A DNA stretch of 64,000 nt from Candidatus Gastranaerophilales bacterium (GTDB lineage Bacteria; Cyanobacteriota; Vampirovibrionia; Gastranaerophilales; Gastranaerophilaceae): contig CALVEJ010000102.1 of assembly GCA_944326535.1 (NCBI GenBank), positions 1,231 to 65,230 of the forward strand, in the 5' to 3' direction. How positions within the stretch are numbered: position 1 is the stretch's first letter; every line of letters begins with the position of its first letter. The notes beneath the pieces are model-generated. The model saw nothing but the letters and a program-made list of their open reading frames with translations. It ran no database searches and was not told the origin of the DNA. This document shows positions 43,632 through 51,373 of this stretch, piece after piece. The position numbers and the translations under genes were made by a program.

Positions 43632-44326
43632 CCTCGTCTAATAAACTTCTTATCCGAAACCAATTTATCGGGAGCAAAGGGAGTGTTCAACTGGATCTCC
43701 GTAATAATGTTTTGGTACTCTGCGTAATACTTTTGAGAGTTTGCAACGGCTTCTTGAGTATTCATATCAGAGTGAATCAAATAAGCCGTATAACTAAACA
43801 ATGCTCCGAATAAATGTTCGGGTAATTGAATTGTAGAGGTTAAATCATCAGGAGACAAAATTAAGTGCTTGGCTCTATAAGATACCTGAAGAACTCTATG
43901 ATCTAATGCAACCTGAACAATAATCAGATTAGGTTCAGGAATCATAATCCCCAAGGGACTGTCAGGATCATTCATAGGTCTTCTTCTATTCAGATCATCA
44001 TGAATCTCTACAATGCTCTGAATATCATCCATGAAGGGATCTTCAGGAGTATCAATGATGTAGTAGTTGTACTCATCATCAATCTCACCTTGAGCATTTC
44101 TCCAAGAATGCTCACTAGTTAAGGGATACTCTGTTCTTCCTTCATAGAGTTCCACCAAGACAGCCTTCTCTTTTACAGGAAAAACAGAATAAAGACGGGT
44201 AATCGCCTCATTAATTGCATCTACCACCTTGGGGATGAACTTCTCCTTAACCTTCCCGTTCTCACATAAGGCAAGATTACTAATCTTTCCCCTTGCTAAT
44301 TTATCCAAACACTCTTGAAGATTCAT
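43622..44326 (-). CDS. Virion protein (N4 gp67-like by position)
   Basis: ORF between the terminase and the fibre genes. The call rests on synteny only. Confidence 0.55.
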   Translation of the reverse strand: MNLQECLDKLARGKISNLALCENGKVKEKFIPKVVDAINEAITRLYSVFPVKEKAVLVELYEGRTEYPLTSEHSWRNAQGEIDDEYNYYIIDTPEDPFMDDIQSIVEIHDDLNRRRPMNDPDSPLGIMIPEPNLIIVQVALDHRVLQVSYRAKHLILSPDDLTSTIQLPEHLFGALFSYTAYLIHSDMNTQEAVANSQKYYAEYQNIITEIQLNTPFAPDKLVSDKKFIRRGWV

Positions 44327-45915
44327 ACGATATAACTGTCTCTTGTATACACTTCCAATTCCGGTTCTTCGTAATACACATCTCCTGCTGTAGGAACAAT
44401 AATCTGTTGAGTACTTTCACTTGGTTCCCAAGGACTCAAATAACCCAGCATGGAGATGGTATCAATGCAGTCATCATGACCTTTAATACCGCTTACAGTA
44501 CAGAGTTTTAACTGCTGCATGAACTGTCCCATAATCATAGAATCTTTCATCTGCTCAGGAAAATAAATCTTTCCTGCTTTGAACCAGGGAACAACCAAAT
44601 TAAATCTTGTTAATTTATCATTTACCGGTCTGATACCCGGACTTCCCTTTGTCGTAGCGAAAGTAAACCAGATATTTCTCGCTATCTGTTCTCTCTGCAA
44701 CCAGGGAATGAATCCTCCCTGTTGTCCTGTCACTTCCACTCCCACCGCCTGCGGATGATATTGCTGAACAAGCTTGAATAAGGCATCCACATTCTTATCC
44801 ATCGTCTGTTTCTCACAGACACCATCCACCCAAAACCACTCTTTATTAGCGTTATAAGCCCAAACACTGATTACCGAGTAATCGGCAGTCTCTTTAGCTG
44901 AAGTAGCAAAGTCTGTTGTGATGTAGAAGTTGAAGTTATACCGATTCTGAAGCAACAAATGACGGTCATACCAGCGAATATCTGCATCCTGCACCAGACG
45001 TTCATCATCCGATGAGATACGAAGCATCAGTTCCTGATAAAAAGCTGCTAATTTCCCAGTACCCACAGCCGTATCGTACTGATCTTTCACATAGTCGTAG
45101 GTGAATCTATCAGGCCATGCTCCTTGGAACTCTTCTCTACTGCAAGGAAAGCGTTCACACACAGGCCATACGTTCACATCCCACTCACCGGATTCCACAG
45201 CTTCGATGATGATGTCATCCTTATTGAACGGAGTACCATTGAAGATGATCTTGTGTCTGGTTGGATCCAAGGCATAGTTGACGCCCTTATAGACCGTATC
45301 CTTGATGAGGTTCATCACGGTCTTAGATTTTGAAGCTTCGTCTGAAATCAAGTCGTCCAGCACACAAAGAACAGGACGCTTACCGAAGATCTTGGTACCT
45401 CGAAGACCTGTCGTAGCACCGAAGAGCTTCACTCCCATCTTTTCACCCTTGATATTGGTGAACTCTAGATAGGAGTCAGTGAACTTAGCTTCAGGAATGT
45501 ACTTCTTCAGGAAGTCTGATCTCTCGTATCGGTACTCAATGTTCTTTCTGGCACTCTTGGCACCGTTCTCCATGGAGTCTGAGACATAGATCATTCCTTC
45601 TACCTTCCCAAAGCCGGGAATGTTATGGAATACCGCAAGATAAAGCGTGAAATATTCCATAAACAAAGTAGTTTTTGCAGCTCCGCGAAAACATAGATTA
45701 ACGATTCTCTTGGATCCCTGAGTAAGCTTGTCCAGCATCTTTAGATGAACGGGGGGAGTCTTATTGCTTTCTCCTTCTTCTCCGTTCACAAGCTTAATGA
45801 AGTTCATAAAACTGAGAGCAAACTCAGTAGGATGATAATCAGAGGAGTTTAAAAAGGAATAATCTACTTGATCCAGCCAAGCATCTACATCCTGTTTAAT
45901 CATTCTTGCCATCAA
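44323..45915 (-). CDS. terL: Terminase large subunit
   Basis: Walker A-like CFRGAAKTT and Walker B-like PVLCVLDDLISDE. The C-terminal nuclease half has YITTDFATS and HDDCIDT acidic motifs. Confidence 0.9.
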   Translation of the reverse strand: MMARMIKQDVDAWLDQVDYSFLNSSDYHPTEFALSFMNFIKLVNGEEGESNKTPPVHLKMLDKLTQGSKRIVNLCFRGAAKTTLFMEYFTLYLAVFHNIPGFGKVEGMIYVSDSMENGAKSARKNIEYRYERSDFLKKYIPEAKFTDSYLEFTNIKGEKMGVKLFGATTGLRGTKIFGKRPVLCVLDDLISDEASKSKTVMNLIKDTVYKGVNYALDPTRHKIIFNGTPFNKDDIIIEAVESGEWDVNVWPVCERFPCSREEFQGAWPDRFTYDYVKDQYDTAVGTGKLAAFYQELMLRISSDDERLVQDADIRWYDRHLLLQNRYNFNFYITTDFATSAKETADYSVISVWAYNANKEWFWVDGVCEKQTMDKNVDALFKLVQQYHPQAVGVEVTGQQGGFIPWLQREQIARNIWFTFATTKGSPGIRPVNDKLTRFNLVVPWFKAGKIYFPEQMKDSMIMGQFMQQLKLCTVSGIKGHDDCIDTISMLGYLSPWEPSESTQQIIVPTAGDVYYEEPELEVYTRDSYIV

Positions 45916-46364
45916 TAAGCTCCCTCAGCAACCTGACAGCACTGAATCCCCATATCCCGGTACATCTTCACTACCCTATCTCTATCCTCAAAAGCCAGTT
46001 GAATCTGATATCCCTTCTTTTGAAGCTTCTCAATCCATTCCTTCTTAATCTCTACATCAGGTCTGTAGTCATGATTCTTTCTCATATAAAGACCATCAGG
46101 TTCAGGACCAATATTTTCTCTAAACCACTTGAGAGTATCTTCTCTGGTTCTCTCTGGTCTTCCGGTAATACAAATCAGCTTAGAGCTAGGAACTAAGAAG
46201 GAAGCATAAGCTACAAAGATCTGAGCAATAGGCTTGATGATTTCATCCTTGTCCACATCTTCATAGAATTTATCCCAGTTCTTCTCTTCACCCTGGATCC
46301 AATGGAGTCTATGGCTAAGATCAGCCAAAGTACCGTCAATATCAAACACCACCGCTTCAATCAT
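45912..46364 (-). CDS. HAD-family phosphatase of the T4 Pnkp 3'-phosphatase type (stand-alone)
   Basis: DxDGT motif (VFDIDGTLA), ITGRPE, YMRKNHDYRPDVEIKKEWI and FEDRDRVVKMYRDMGIQCCQV mirror the Pnkp C-terminal domain pattern. Confidence 0.65.
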   Translation of the reverse strand: MIEAVVFDIDGTLADLSHRLHWIQGEEKNWDKFYEDVDKDEIIKPIAQIFVAYASFLVPSSKLICITGRPERTREDTLKWFRENIGPEPDGLYMRKNHDYRPDVEIKKEWIEKLQKKGYQIQLAFEDRDRVVKMYRDMGIQCCQVAEGAY

Positions 46365-47034
46365 TCACAACCTCCGCATAGAGCTTTTGTTCAGCAATTT
46401 CCTTGGTACTCACACCACCTTCAATCAATTCCTTCTGCTTCTTAGCAAGAGAAGTAATTGCTTCCTTCAGTTCATCCAATCCACTCCCTTGTCTCATGTC
46501 AATATTGATCAAAGGAGCATCATTAATCTCGGGCTTGGCAAGATGTTTCAACAGAGAATCAGCAGCCATAGCCTGTACCTTCTCAGATCTAGCAGTTCTC
46601 ATCAGTTGAACATTCTTATTGATAGCTTCTTGATAAGCATCCTGGTTCAGAATCCATGAAGGAATAAGACTCTGTTCCATGATCTTATTAACCAACTTAC
46701 CTCTATGATAAGCGGCTACATAAGGGGATATGTCTCTGGAAGTTTTACCTTGAGCCTTAAGGAGAGCATATCTATCAGGGAAGGTTCTGAAGTAAGCCTC
46801 CTCATTGGTATATCCCATCAACTTGAATGAAACATAAGCTACTGCATTCAAGTAATCATCAAGTTTATATCTACCTTCTTGAAGAACATTAGTATATGCA
46901 AGGAAGTTCTCTTTAATATTCTCTGCATATCCCGGATCAGTAGTGATCTTATCAATCTTCTCTGCTAACTCTTGAGAAGCGAATGTTCTTAATTTAGAAG
47001 GTAAAGCACTCTTCAGTTGTTCTTCTGTAATCAT
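46357..47034 (-). CDS. First gene of the late block (N4 gp69-like by position; small-terminase role is possible but unsupported)
   Basis: ORF track entry trimmed to the Met at 47034 (MITEEQLK). The 24 codons upstream are made of hairpin/T-run sequence. Confidence 0.6.
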   Translation of the reverse strand: MITEEQLKSALPSKLRTFASQELAEKIDKITTDPGYAENIKENFLAYTNVLQEGRYKLDDYLNAVAYVSFKLMGYTNEEAYFRTFPDRYALLKAQGKTSRDISPYVAAYHRGKLVNKIMEQSLIPSWILNQDAYQEAINKNVQLMRTARSEKVQAMAADSLLKHLAKPEINDAPLINIDMRQGSGLDELKEAITSLAKKQKELIEGGVSTKEIAEQKLYAEVVND

Positions 47035-47058
47035 TAGGTATCCTTTAGTCAGATACCT

Positions 47059-47103
47059 ATTATATAAATAAAAAAAGAAGGAAGACCAATACAATCTTCC
47101 TTC
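47059..47103 (-). promoter_or_regulatory. Module C: hairpin, T-run and TATAAT box upstream of the late block
   Basis: The minus strand reads GAAGGAAGA-loop-TCTTCCTTC, then TTTTTTTATTTATATAAT, then a 5' leader hairpin AGGTATC/GATACCT, then the ATG. Confidence 0.5.
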
Positions 47104-47148
47104 CAATAGAGATCATGAAAACACCATGTCCTTATGAAGAACATCCAT

Positions 47149-47196
47149 ATTATATATAAAAAAGAAGGAAGATCAACTCTATATGATCTTCCTTCT
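47149..47196 (-). promoter_or_regulatory. Module B: 12-bp hairpin terminator merged with a TTGATC-N16-TATAAT promoter-like element
   Basis: Stem AGAAGGAAGATC/GATCTTCCTTCT (47163-47174 and 47185-47196), a T-run, and a -10 box at 47149-47154 (minus strand). Confidence 0.5.
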
Positions 47197-47244
47197 CAGC
47201 CCAGTCAACCCACATTTAGAGGAATGTTCTTAAAGAACACTTAT

Positions 47245-47318
47245 ATTATATATAAATAAAATAAGAAGTCAATACATATAAATAAAAAAAAAAAAGAGAG
47301 TCTACTTCTAGACTCTCT
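47245..47318 (-). promoter_or_regulatory. Module A: 10-bp hairpin plus T12 terminator followed by TTGACT-N16-TATAAT
   Basis: Stem AGAGAGTCTA/TAGACTCTCT (47295-47318), A12 on the plus strand (47284-47295), -35 at 47267-47272 and -10 at 47245-47250 (minus strand). Confidence 0.5.
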
Positions 47319-47379
47319 TCTACTTCCATATCTTTATATATCCCTTCATAACCAGGGTCTAACAGATAAAAGACATAGA

Positions 47380-47460
47380 GAAGTATTCTATATATAAACA
47401 ATAAGTAATCTTTCTTCTTGGTTCTTATATATATAAATAAATAAATATATATATAAATAT
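47380..47460. repeat. AT-rich (TA)n/TAAA-type low-complexity tract with further TTTATATATA boxes
   Basis: Read directly: ..TCTATATATAAACAATAAG.. and ..TTCTTATATATATAAATAAATAAATATATATATAAATATAC.. Confidence 0.8.
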
Positions 47461-47487
47461 ACTTGGAAACCTAAGGAAGGAAGGGGG

Positions 47488-47502
47488 GAGTACTACGTAC
47501 TC
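47488..47502 (+). promoter_or_regulatory. Candidate vRNAP-type hairpin promoter (6-bp stem, 3-nt loop)
   Basis: GAGTAC-TAC-GTACTC. N4 early promoters are 5-7 bp / 3-nt-loop DNA hairpins with a central purine. This one sits about 270 nt upstream of the first plus-strand gene. Confidence 0.3.
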
Positions 47503-47690
47503 TATAGTGATTTAGAACCCTTGTCAATAGGGATAGATACCTATATGACTGGATCCAGAGGAAGAAGGATATAGGGACCCTTATGGAGATTCTATGCGCC
47601 GGGAATGAAGGAAGGGAACCTTTGAGATTTGTGCTAATTGGATATCGAAGTAGTGAGATGGAGGGTGGGACTCCTTTGCCGAGGAGCTAT

Positions 47691-47700
47691 CCCCCCCCCC
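47691..47700. repeat. C10 homopolymer in the non-coding region upstream of the first early gene
   Basis: Read directly: GAGCTAT-CCCCCCCCCC-ATTTCAC. Confidence 0.9.
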
Positions 47701-47773
47701 ATTTCACCTGGTCCCTTCCTACTTTGTTGACGGTAGGTAGGGTGTCTAACGCATAACCCTAAGGAGTTTTGTT

Positions 47774-48208
47774 ATGCAATCCAATGTTAACACGAATACT
47801 TCGATCTTTGCTGTTGCGGCAGCAGGTCCTAAGGCGGTGCTTAGCACCATTGCCACCACGGCTTCTGTAGTAGAGGATGTCATCAACGACATCGCTGCGA
47901 ATCGTGAGTCGGTCACGGAAAGCATCCGTGATGTGGGGAGGTCTTTGGATCTTGGTGTGCTCGCCATCACCAATGGAGTGCGCTACGGTGTGTCCGAAGC
48001 ACTCGGCCGTCAAATGACGGACGAAGAATGGACCACTAGCAGTGGTCGTCGCAAGGTCATGAAGGAAATCTTCCGGTACAAGCCGGAAGAAAACCAACCC
48101 ATGGAACTTCCTGGTAAGGAAGAAGTGAAGATTGAAGAACCTGAAGAAGAAGGTTACGAAATTAAGCTTTCTCCTCTTTTGAAGAGCAAGAATTCGATGA
48201 CCTTCTAA
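47774..48208 (+). CDS. First early protein (hypothetical; appears GC-richer than its neighbours by eye, acidic C-terminus)
   Basis: ORF track entry with AAGGAG 8 nt upstream of the ATG. The overlapping 190-aa minus-strand ORF was rejected. Confidence 0.7.
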   Translation: MQSNVNTNTSIFAVAAAGPKAVLSTIATTASVVEDVINDIAANRESVTESIRDVGRSLDLGVLAITNGVRYGVSEALGRQMTDEEWTTSSGRRKVMKEIFRYKPEENQPMELPGKEEVKIEEPEEEGYEIKLSPLLKSKNSMTF

Positions 48209-48219
48209 GGTAAACCGAA

Positions 48220-48243
48220 GGAAGGAGGAGAAATCCTCCTTCC
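48220..48243 (+). terminator. Hairpin after the first early gene
   Basis: 10-bp stem GGAAGGAGGA/TCCTCCTTCC with a GAAA loop. The T-run is weak (CTCTTATAT). Confidence 0.45.
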
Positions 48244-48275
48244 CTCTTATATAAGAGAAAACTCTTATATAAGGG
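48244..48275. repeat. Two copies of a 12-14 bp palindromic box, CTCTTATATAAG(AG)
   Basis: 48244-48257 is a perfect 14-bp palindrome. The second copy is at 48262-48275, with starts 18 bp apart. Confidence 0.8.
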
Positions 48276-48315
48276 AGGTTAAATACCTTCCTTGACTTCT
48301 CTCTCGTGGGAGAGG

Positions 48316-48332
48316 AATGGAATTGTTCCATT
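48316..48332 (+). promoter_or_regulatory. 7-bp stem / 3-nt loop hairpin (second, weaker vRNAP-promoter-like candidate)
   Basis: AATGGAA-TTG-TTCCATT. The central loop base is a pyrimidine, unlike N4 promoters. Confidence 0.2.
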
Positions 48333-48420
48333 ACTACCCATCGAGGGGAAGGACTTACATTGTTGAACTATTTATTAAAAAGATAGTCTTTAGTAGATAG
48401 TTCAATACTTGTTTTAACTG

Positions 48421-48458
48421 AAGGGTTGGGACTTATAGTTCCAACCCTTTTCCTTTAT
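48421..48458 (+). terminator. Hairpin plus T-rich run just upstream of the second early gene
   Basis: 9-bp stem AAGGGTTGG/CCAACCCTT, then TTCCTTTAT. Confidence 0.5.
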
Positions 48459-48470
48459 AAGGAGAACATC

Positions 48471-49070
48471 ATGTTGATCGTTATCATCACTTTTCTTGAA
48501 TACTTTCTTAACAGCCATGCTTGGACTGCCTGGCAGAAGAAAGAAATTCAATCCCAGATTGAATGGGTAAAGAGCAATCCAGGACAAATAATGGAATGTG
48601 ATTCCATTGAGATGGTTATTACCATTATCTCGATGTCTTGGAATGGTTATCCTTTCCGGAATATGGAAGAAGGGAAGATTGCTCTTCAAGCCTCATTTCT
48701 TGAAGAGGAAATTTGGCAAGCATACGAGCAATTTAGAAGGATTAACTTGTTCTGTATGTTTATGGATTATCTTGCTTCCTTAGAAACTTGTTCTGCAATG
48801 CAGAAACATATGTTGAAGATTGCTTTACGGGATCTTAAGTATATTCCCTGGAATGAAAGAGAAAAAGATTATCCTAGACCATTGAACTGGGTAATGCACT
48901 CTTGGTACCCAATTCAATGTCAAATTGCTTCTCAAGAGGAGCAAGATGAATACGATGCTCTTGTTTCTAAACTTTTGAAGTTTTACGAAACTTCTGAGTT
49001 TAAGGAATGGAAGTGGCAAAACATTGATCAATATCGCAAATGGCGAGGTGACTTTGATGATCCGTTCTAA
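48471..49070 (+). CDS. Hypothetical early protein (Trp-rich)
   Basis: ORF track entry trimmed to the ATG at 48471, which has AAGGAG upstream. Confidence 0.65.
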   Translation: MLIVIITFLEYFLNSHAWTAWQKKEIQSQIEWVKSNPGQIMECDSIEMVITIISMSWNGYPFRNMEEGKIALQASFLEEEIWQAYEQFRRINLFCMFMDYLASLETCSAMQKHMLKIALRDLKYIPWNEREKDYPRPLNWVMHSWYPIQCQIASQEEQDEYDALVSKLLKFYETSEFKEWKWQNIDQYRKWRGDFDDPF

Positions 49071-49170
49071 ATAAATCCTAAACTCTGGTTCATTAGGAGT
49101 ACTTTCTTTAAGTTCTTCTTATTGAACCAGAGTGAGAGAAATATTGGTTTAACAAATCGTATATATAACA

Positions 49171-49208
49171 TAAGGCTAGGAGATAGTTCTTCTAGCCTTA
49201 TTTGTTTG
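49171..49208 (+). terminator. Intrinsic terminator
   Basis: TAAGGCTAG..CTAGCCTTA, then TTTGTTTG. Confidence 0.7.
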
Positions 49209-49240
49209 ATAGTAACTAAACAACATTAAGGGAGTTAATC

Positions 49241-49642
49241 ATGTTGTTGAAGTCTGTTCTTATTTCCGCTTTGATTCAGACTTGGGATCAGATCTATGAA
49301 GCCAGCTGTGAAGCTAATCATAGTTATTCTCTGCAATCTTTCAGTCGTTATCCTCTAAATTGGCTTCTTCGTGAACTTCGTGAAGATTCGTGGATTTTAG
49401 ACGACTTCCGCGTTCGTTGGTATATCAACGAATGCAAAGAAGTTGAATTTAATAATCCGGATGGATGGCTTTGGTCAGAAGCTAGGGCTTGTATTCAAAG
49501 GTGCCGGGATAAACATTCCTTCTCCTCTTCTGATGAGATGTGGAGAAAGGATAAGAAGGAATGCTATTCGTATGTATATAACACCGAAGGTAAAAGAAAA
49601 GATCTTTACACTCAACTCTACAATGAGTTGGTGAGAAAATAA
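49241..49642 (+). CDS. Hypothetical early protein
   Basis: ORF track entry with an AAGGGAG SD. Confidence 0.65.
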   Translation: MLLKSVLISALIQTWDQIYEASCEANHSYSLQSFSRYPLNWLLRELREDSWILDDFRVRWYINECKEVEFNNPDGWLWSEARACIQRCRDKHSFSSSDEMWRKDKKECYSYVYNTEGKRKDLYTQLYNELVRK

Positions 49643-49662
49643 TGTAAAAGTGATCAATCCAA

Positions 49663-49691
49663 GAGCCAGCTTATGCTGGCTCATTCTTTTT
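49663..49691 (+). terminator. Intrinsic terminator
   Basis: GAGCCAGC-TTAT-GCTGGCTC, then ATTCTTTTT. Confidence 0.8.
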
Positions 49692-49710
49692 AAATTAAGG
49701 GAGAAACAAA

Positions 49711-49986
49711 ATGTATAAGCATTCTATCTACAACATGGATTTGGATTTTATCAAGCTCATCAAAGAACTCTGTCTTTTGGTTGATTCCAGAGAAAAGCTG
49801 GGAGATGAAAGTCCATTGATTATGGATATCGTAGACGAACTCGAAGACAACTTCGATCAAGGACGAGATTACATCAAGTTCTTAAAACAGGAACTTGAAG
49901 CTCAGTATCCCAAGATGAAATATCAATGGGACATTACAGAATACGAAAGCATTATTCGTCGTTTTGATGAATATCTTGCAAAGTAA
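49711..49986 (+). CDS. Hypothetical early protein
   Basis: ORF track entry with an AAGGGAG SD. Confidence 0.65.
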   Translation: MYKHSIYNMDLDFIKLIKELCLLVDSREKLGDESPLIMDIVDELEDNFDQGRDYIKFLKQELEAQYPKMKYQWDITEYESIIRRFDEYLAK

Positions 49987-49994
49987 TCAAACTA

Positions 49995-50027
49995 AAGACC
50001 GGAGAGAAATTTCCGGTCTTTTCTTTT
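49995..50027 (+). terminator. Intrinsic terminator
   Basis: AAGACCGGA..TCCGGTCTT, then TTCTTTT. Confidence 0.8.
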
Positions 50028-50049
50028 AATTGAACCAAGGGAGAAAATC

Positions 50050-50304
50050 ATGATCAAGAAGTCAGCAATCCTTGAGGCTGTCAAAGACAGTCCTCAGAAA
50101 TATTGGGTGAGCTATCAACTGAATCATATTGAAGGAGATAGTCTCACTCATAAAGAATTTGTTGATCTGCTTTATGAGGTTGATACTGAATGCCATATTT
50201 ATGGCGTAGAAGATAGCTGGTTCGATCTTTATGATCTTTTGAACCAGCTGTATTGGAATAAGTCTATTGAGTTTTCTTCTGACGAAGAAGCTGTTCCTTT
50301 CTAA
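50050..50304 (+). CDS. Hypothetical early protein
   Basis: ORF track entry with an AAGGGAG SD. Confidence 0.65.
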   Translation: MIKKSAILEAVKDSPQKYWVSYQLNHIEGDSLTHKEFVDLLYEVDTECHIYGVEDSWFDLYDLLNQLYWNKSIEFSSDEEAVPF

Positions 50305-50313
50305 GGAGTAATC

Positions 50314-50592
50314 ATGACAGTTAGTAAGTATGCCTTTTTAGTTCGTCTTAGCGAACTTCAAACTAAGGCTGCGAATCGAGTAGCCGATATTGTTGCCGAC
50401 TATGAGGGTGACACTCTTCTTGATGGAGATGTTGAAGACATCCAATATGAGGTCGCTCGACCTTACTACGAGGAAGAGGATGATTACTTCTTTCTCAATA
50501 ATCCTGAGGAAGCTCAGGTTTATCAGCTCCTCGACGAAATGCTTCGAGAGAGTACGAAGAGGTACATCAAGTCTTTAATTGGTAAGTTTTAA
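50314..50592 (+). CDS. Hypothetical early protein (acidic)
   Basis: ORF track entry with a TAAGGAG SD. Confidence 0.65.
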   Translation: MTVSKYAFLVRLSELQTKAANRVADIVADYEGDTLLDGDVEDIQYEVARPYYEEEDDYFFLNNPEEAQVYQLLDEMLRESTKRYIKSLIGKF

Positions 50593-50614
50593 CCAGTTAA
50601 AACTTTTTCCTTAG

Positions 50615-50647
50615 AGGCTGGAAAGGAAACTTTCCAGCCTTTTTGTG
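50615..50647 (+). terminator. Intrinsic terminator
   Basis: 11-bp stem AGGCTGGAAAG/CTTTCCAGCCT with a GAAA loop, then TTTTGTG. Confidence 0.8.
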
Positions 50648-50662
50648 TCTAAGGAGACACAA

Positions 50663-50866
50663 ATGAAGGCTTATGAAATTAAGAGATTGATCCAACGTCA
50701 TCGTTGGATAGCAGGACTGCTTCTCATAGTCTTGGAAATCCTTGGTCAATGTCGAACCAAGGATGCTCCCATGTGGGACGGGAGCATCACAGTTTTCAAG
50801 GATGGTTCTGTCCTTGAAATCGATTACACGCTCGGAGATCCCATTATCCGGGCATATGTTGTTTAA
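50663..50866 (+). CDS. Small membrane protein
   Basis: ORF track entry trimmed to the ATG at 50663 (AAGGAG upstream). One TM segment (WIAGLLLIVLEILG). Confidence 0.55.
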   Translation: MKAYEIKRLIQRHRWIAGLLLIVLEILGQCRTKDAPMWDGSITVFKDGSVLEIDYTLGDPIIRAYVV

Positions 50867-50879
50867 ATAGGAGACAGGT

Positions 50880-51317
50880 ATGTCAACGTTGAGAAAAGCT
50901 GTTGGTGTTTATCCTAATCAAAGCGCAGGAAAGTTCTTCCCTGTTAAGGGCGGGAAAGTCGAAGGGTCCTTTAAGTATTCCGGAAAGGAATATTCTTTCT
51001 CCTTCCCTATCATCAAAGACGTCTATATTCATGACGTATACGAAGGTAAGGGAGGAAAAATAGCCCATTCCTTAAAGGGAATAGGCTATGAAGCTGCTGT
51101 AAGCAGTATTTGGCTGGATGCGAAAGGTCCGGCAGCGGAAGATCGGGTAGTTACGGTGATTGTATTGAAAGCAATCACTAAGGCAATTCTTGCCGAAGAA
51201 TCGTATGTAACGACTTTGTTCGGCAGGAAATACATAAAGAGAAATTCAAACGGCTCTTCTGAAGCCACGATTGATCTTCCGGAAGATGCTTTGGCTCTTT
51301 TGGAAGAAGAACTTTAA
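50880..51317 (+). CDS. Hypothetical protein with an acidic C-terminal tail, directly upstream of the RNAP gene
   Basis: ORF track entry with a TAGGAG SD. It ends ..EDALALLEEEL. Confidence 0.65.
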   Translation: MSTLRKAVGVYPNQSAGKFFPVKGGKVEGSFKYSGKEYSFSFPIIKDVYIHDVYEGKGGKIAHSLKGIGYEAAVSSIWLDAKGPAAEDRVVTVIVLKAITKAILAEESYVTTLFGRKYIKRNSNGSSEATIDLPEDALALLEEEL

Positions 51318-51322
51318 AGGCC

Positions 51323-51349
51323 AGGGAATCAATAGATTCCCTTTTTTAT
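51323..51349 (+). terminator. Intrinsic terminator
   Basis: AGGGAATC-AATA-GATTCCCT, then TTTTTATT. Confidence 0.8.
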
Positions 51350-51373
51350 TAACCGTTGATCAAGGGAGAAAGT

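Noticed and set aside
46357-47106. N-terminal 24-codon extension (MEGRLYWSSFFFYLYNRYLTKGYL) of the first late gene.
   Set aside because: The extension is encoded by the hairpin/T-run/TATAAT module and the leader hairpin. The Met at 47034 has an AAGGA upstream.
47658-47756. 32-codon ORF running through the C10 tract upstream of the first early gene (MEGGTPLPRSYPPPH..).
   Set aside because: It has no SD and is short. Length changes in the tract do not bring it in frame with the downstream gene without meeting a stop.
47759-48331. 190-aa minus-strand ORF covering the first early gene.
   Set aside because: The plus-strand ORF has a consensus SD and a plausible protein composition. The minus-strand product is Arg/Phe-rich and would have to be transcribed against the early unit.
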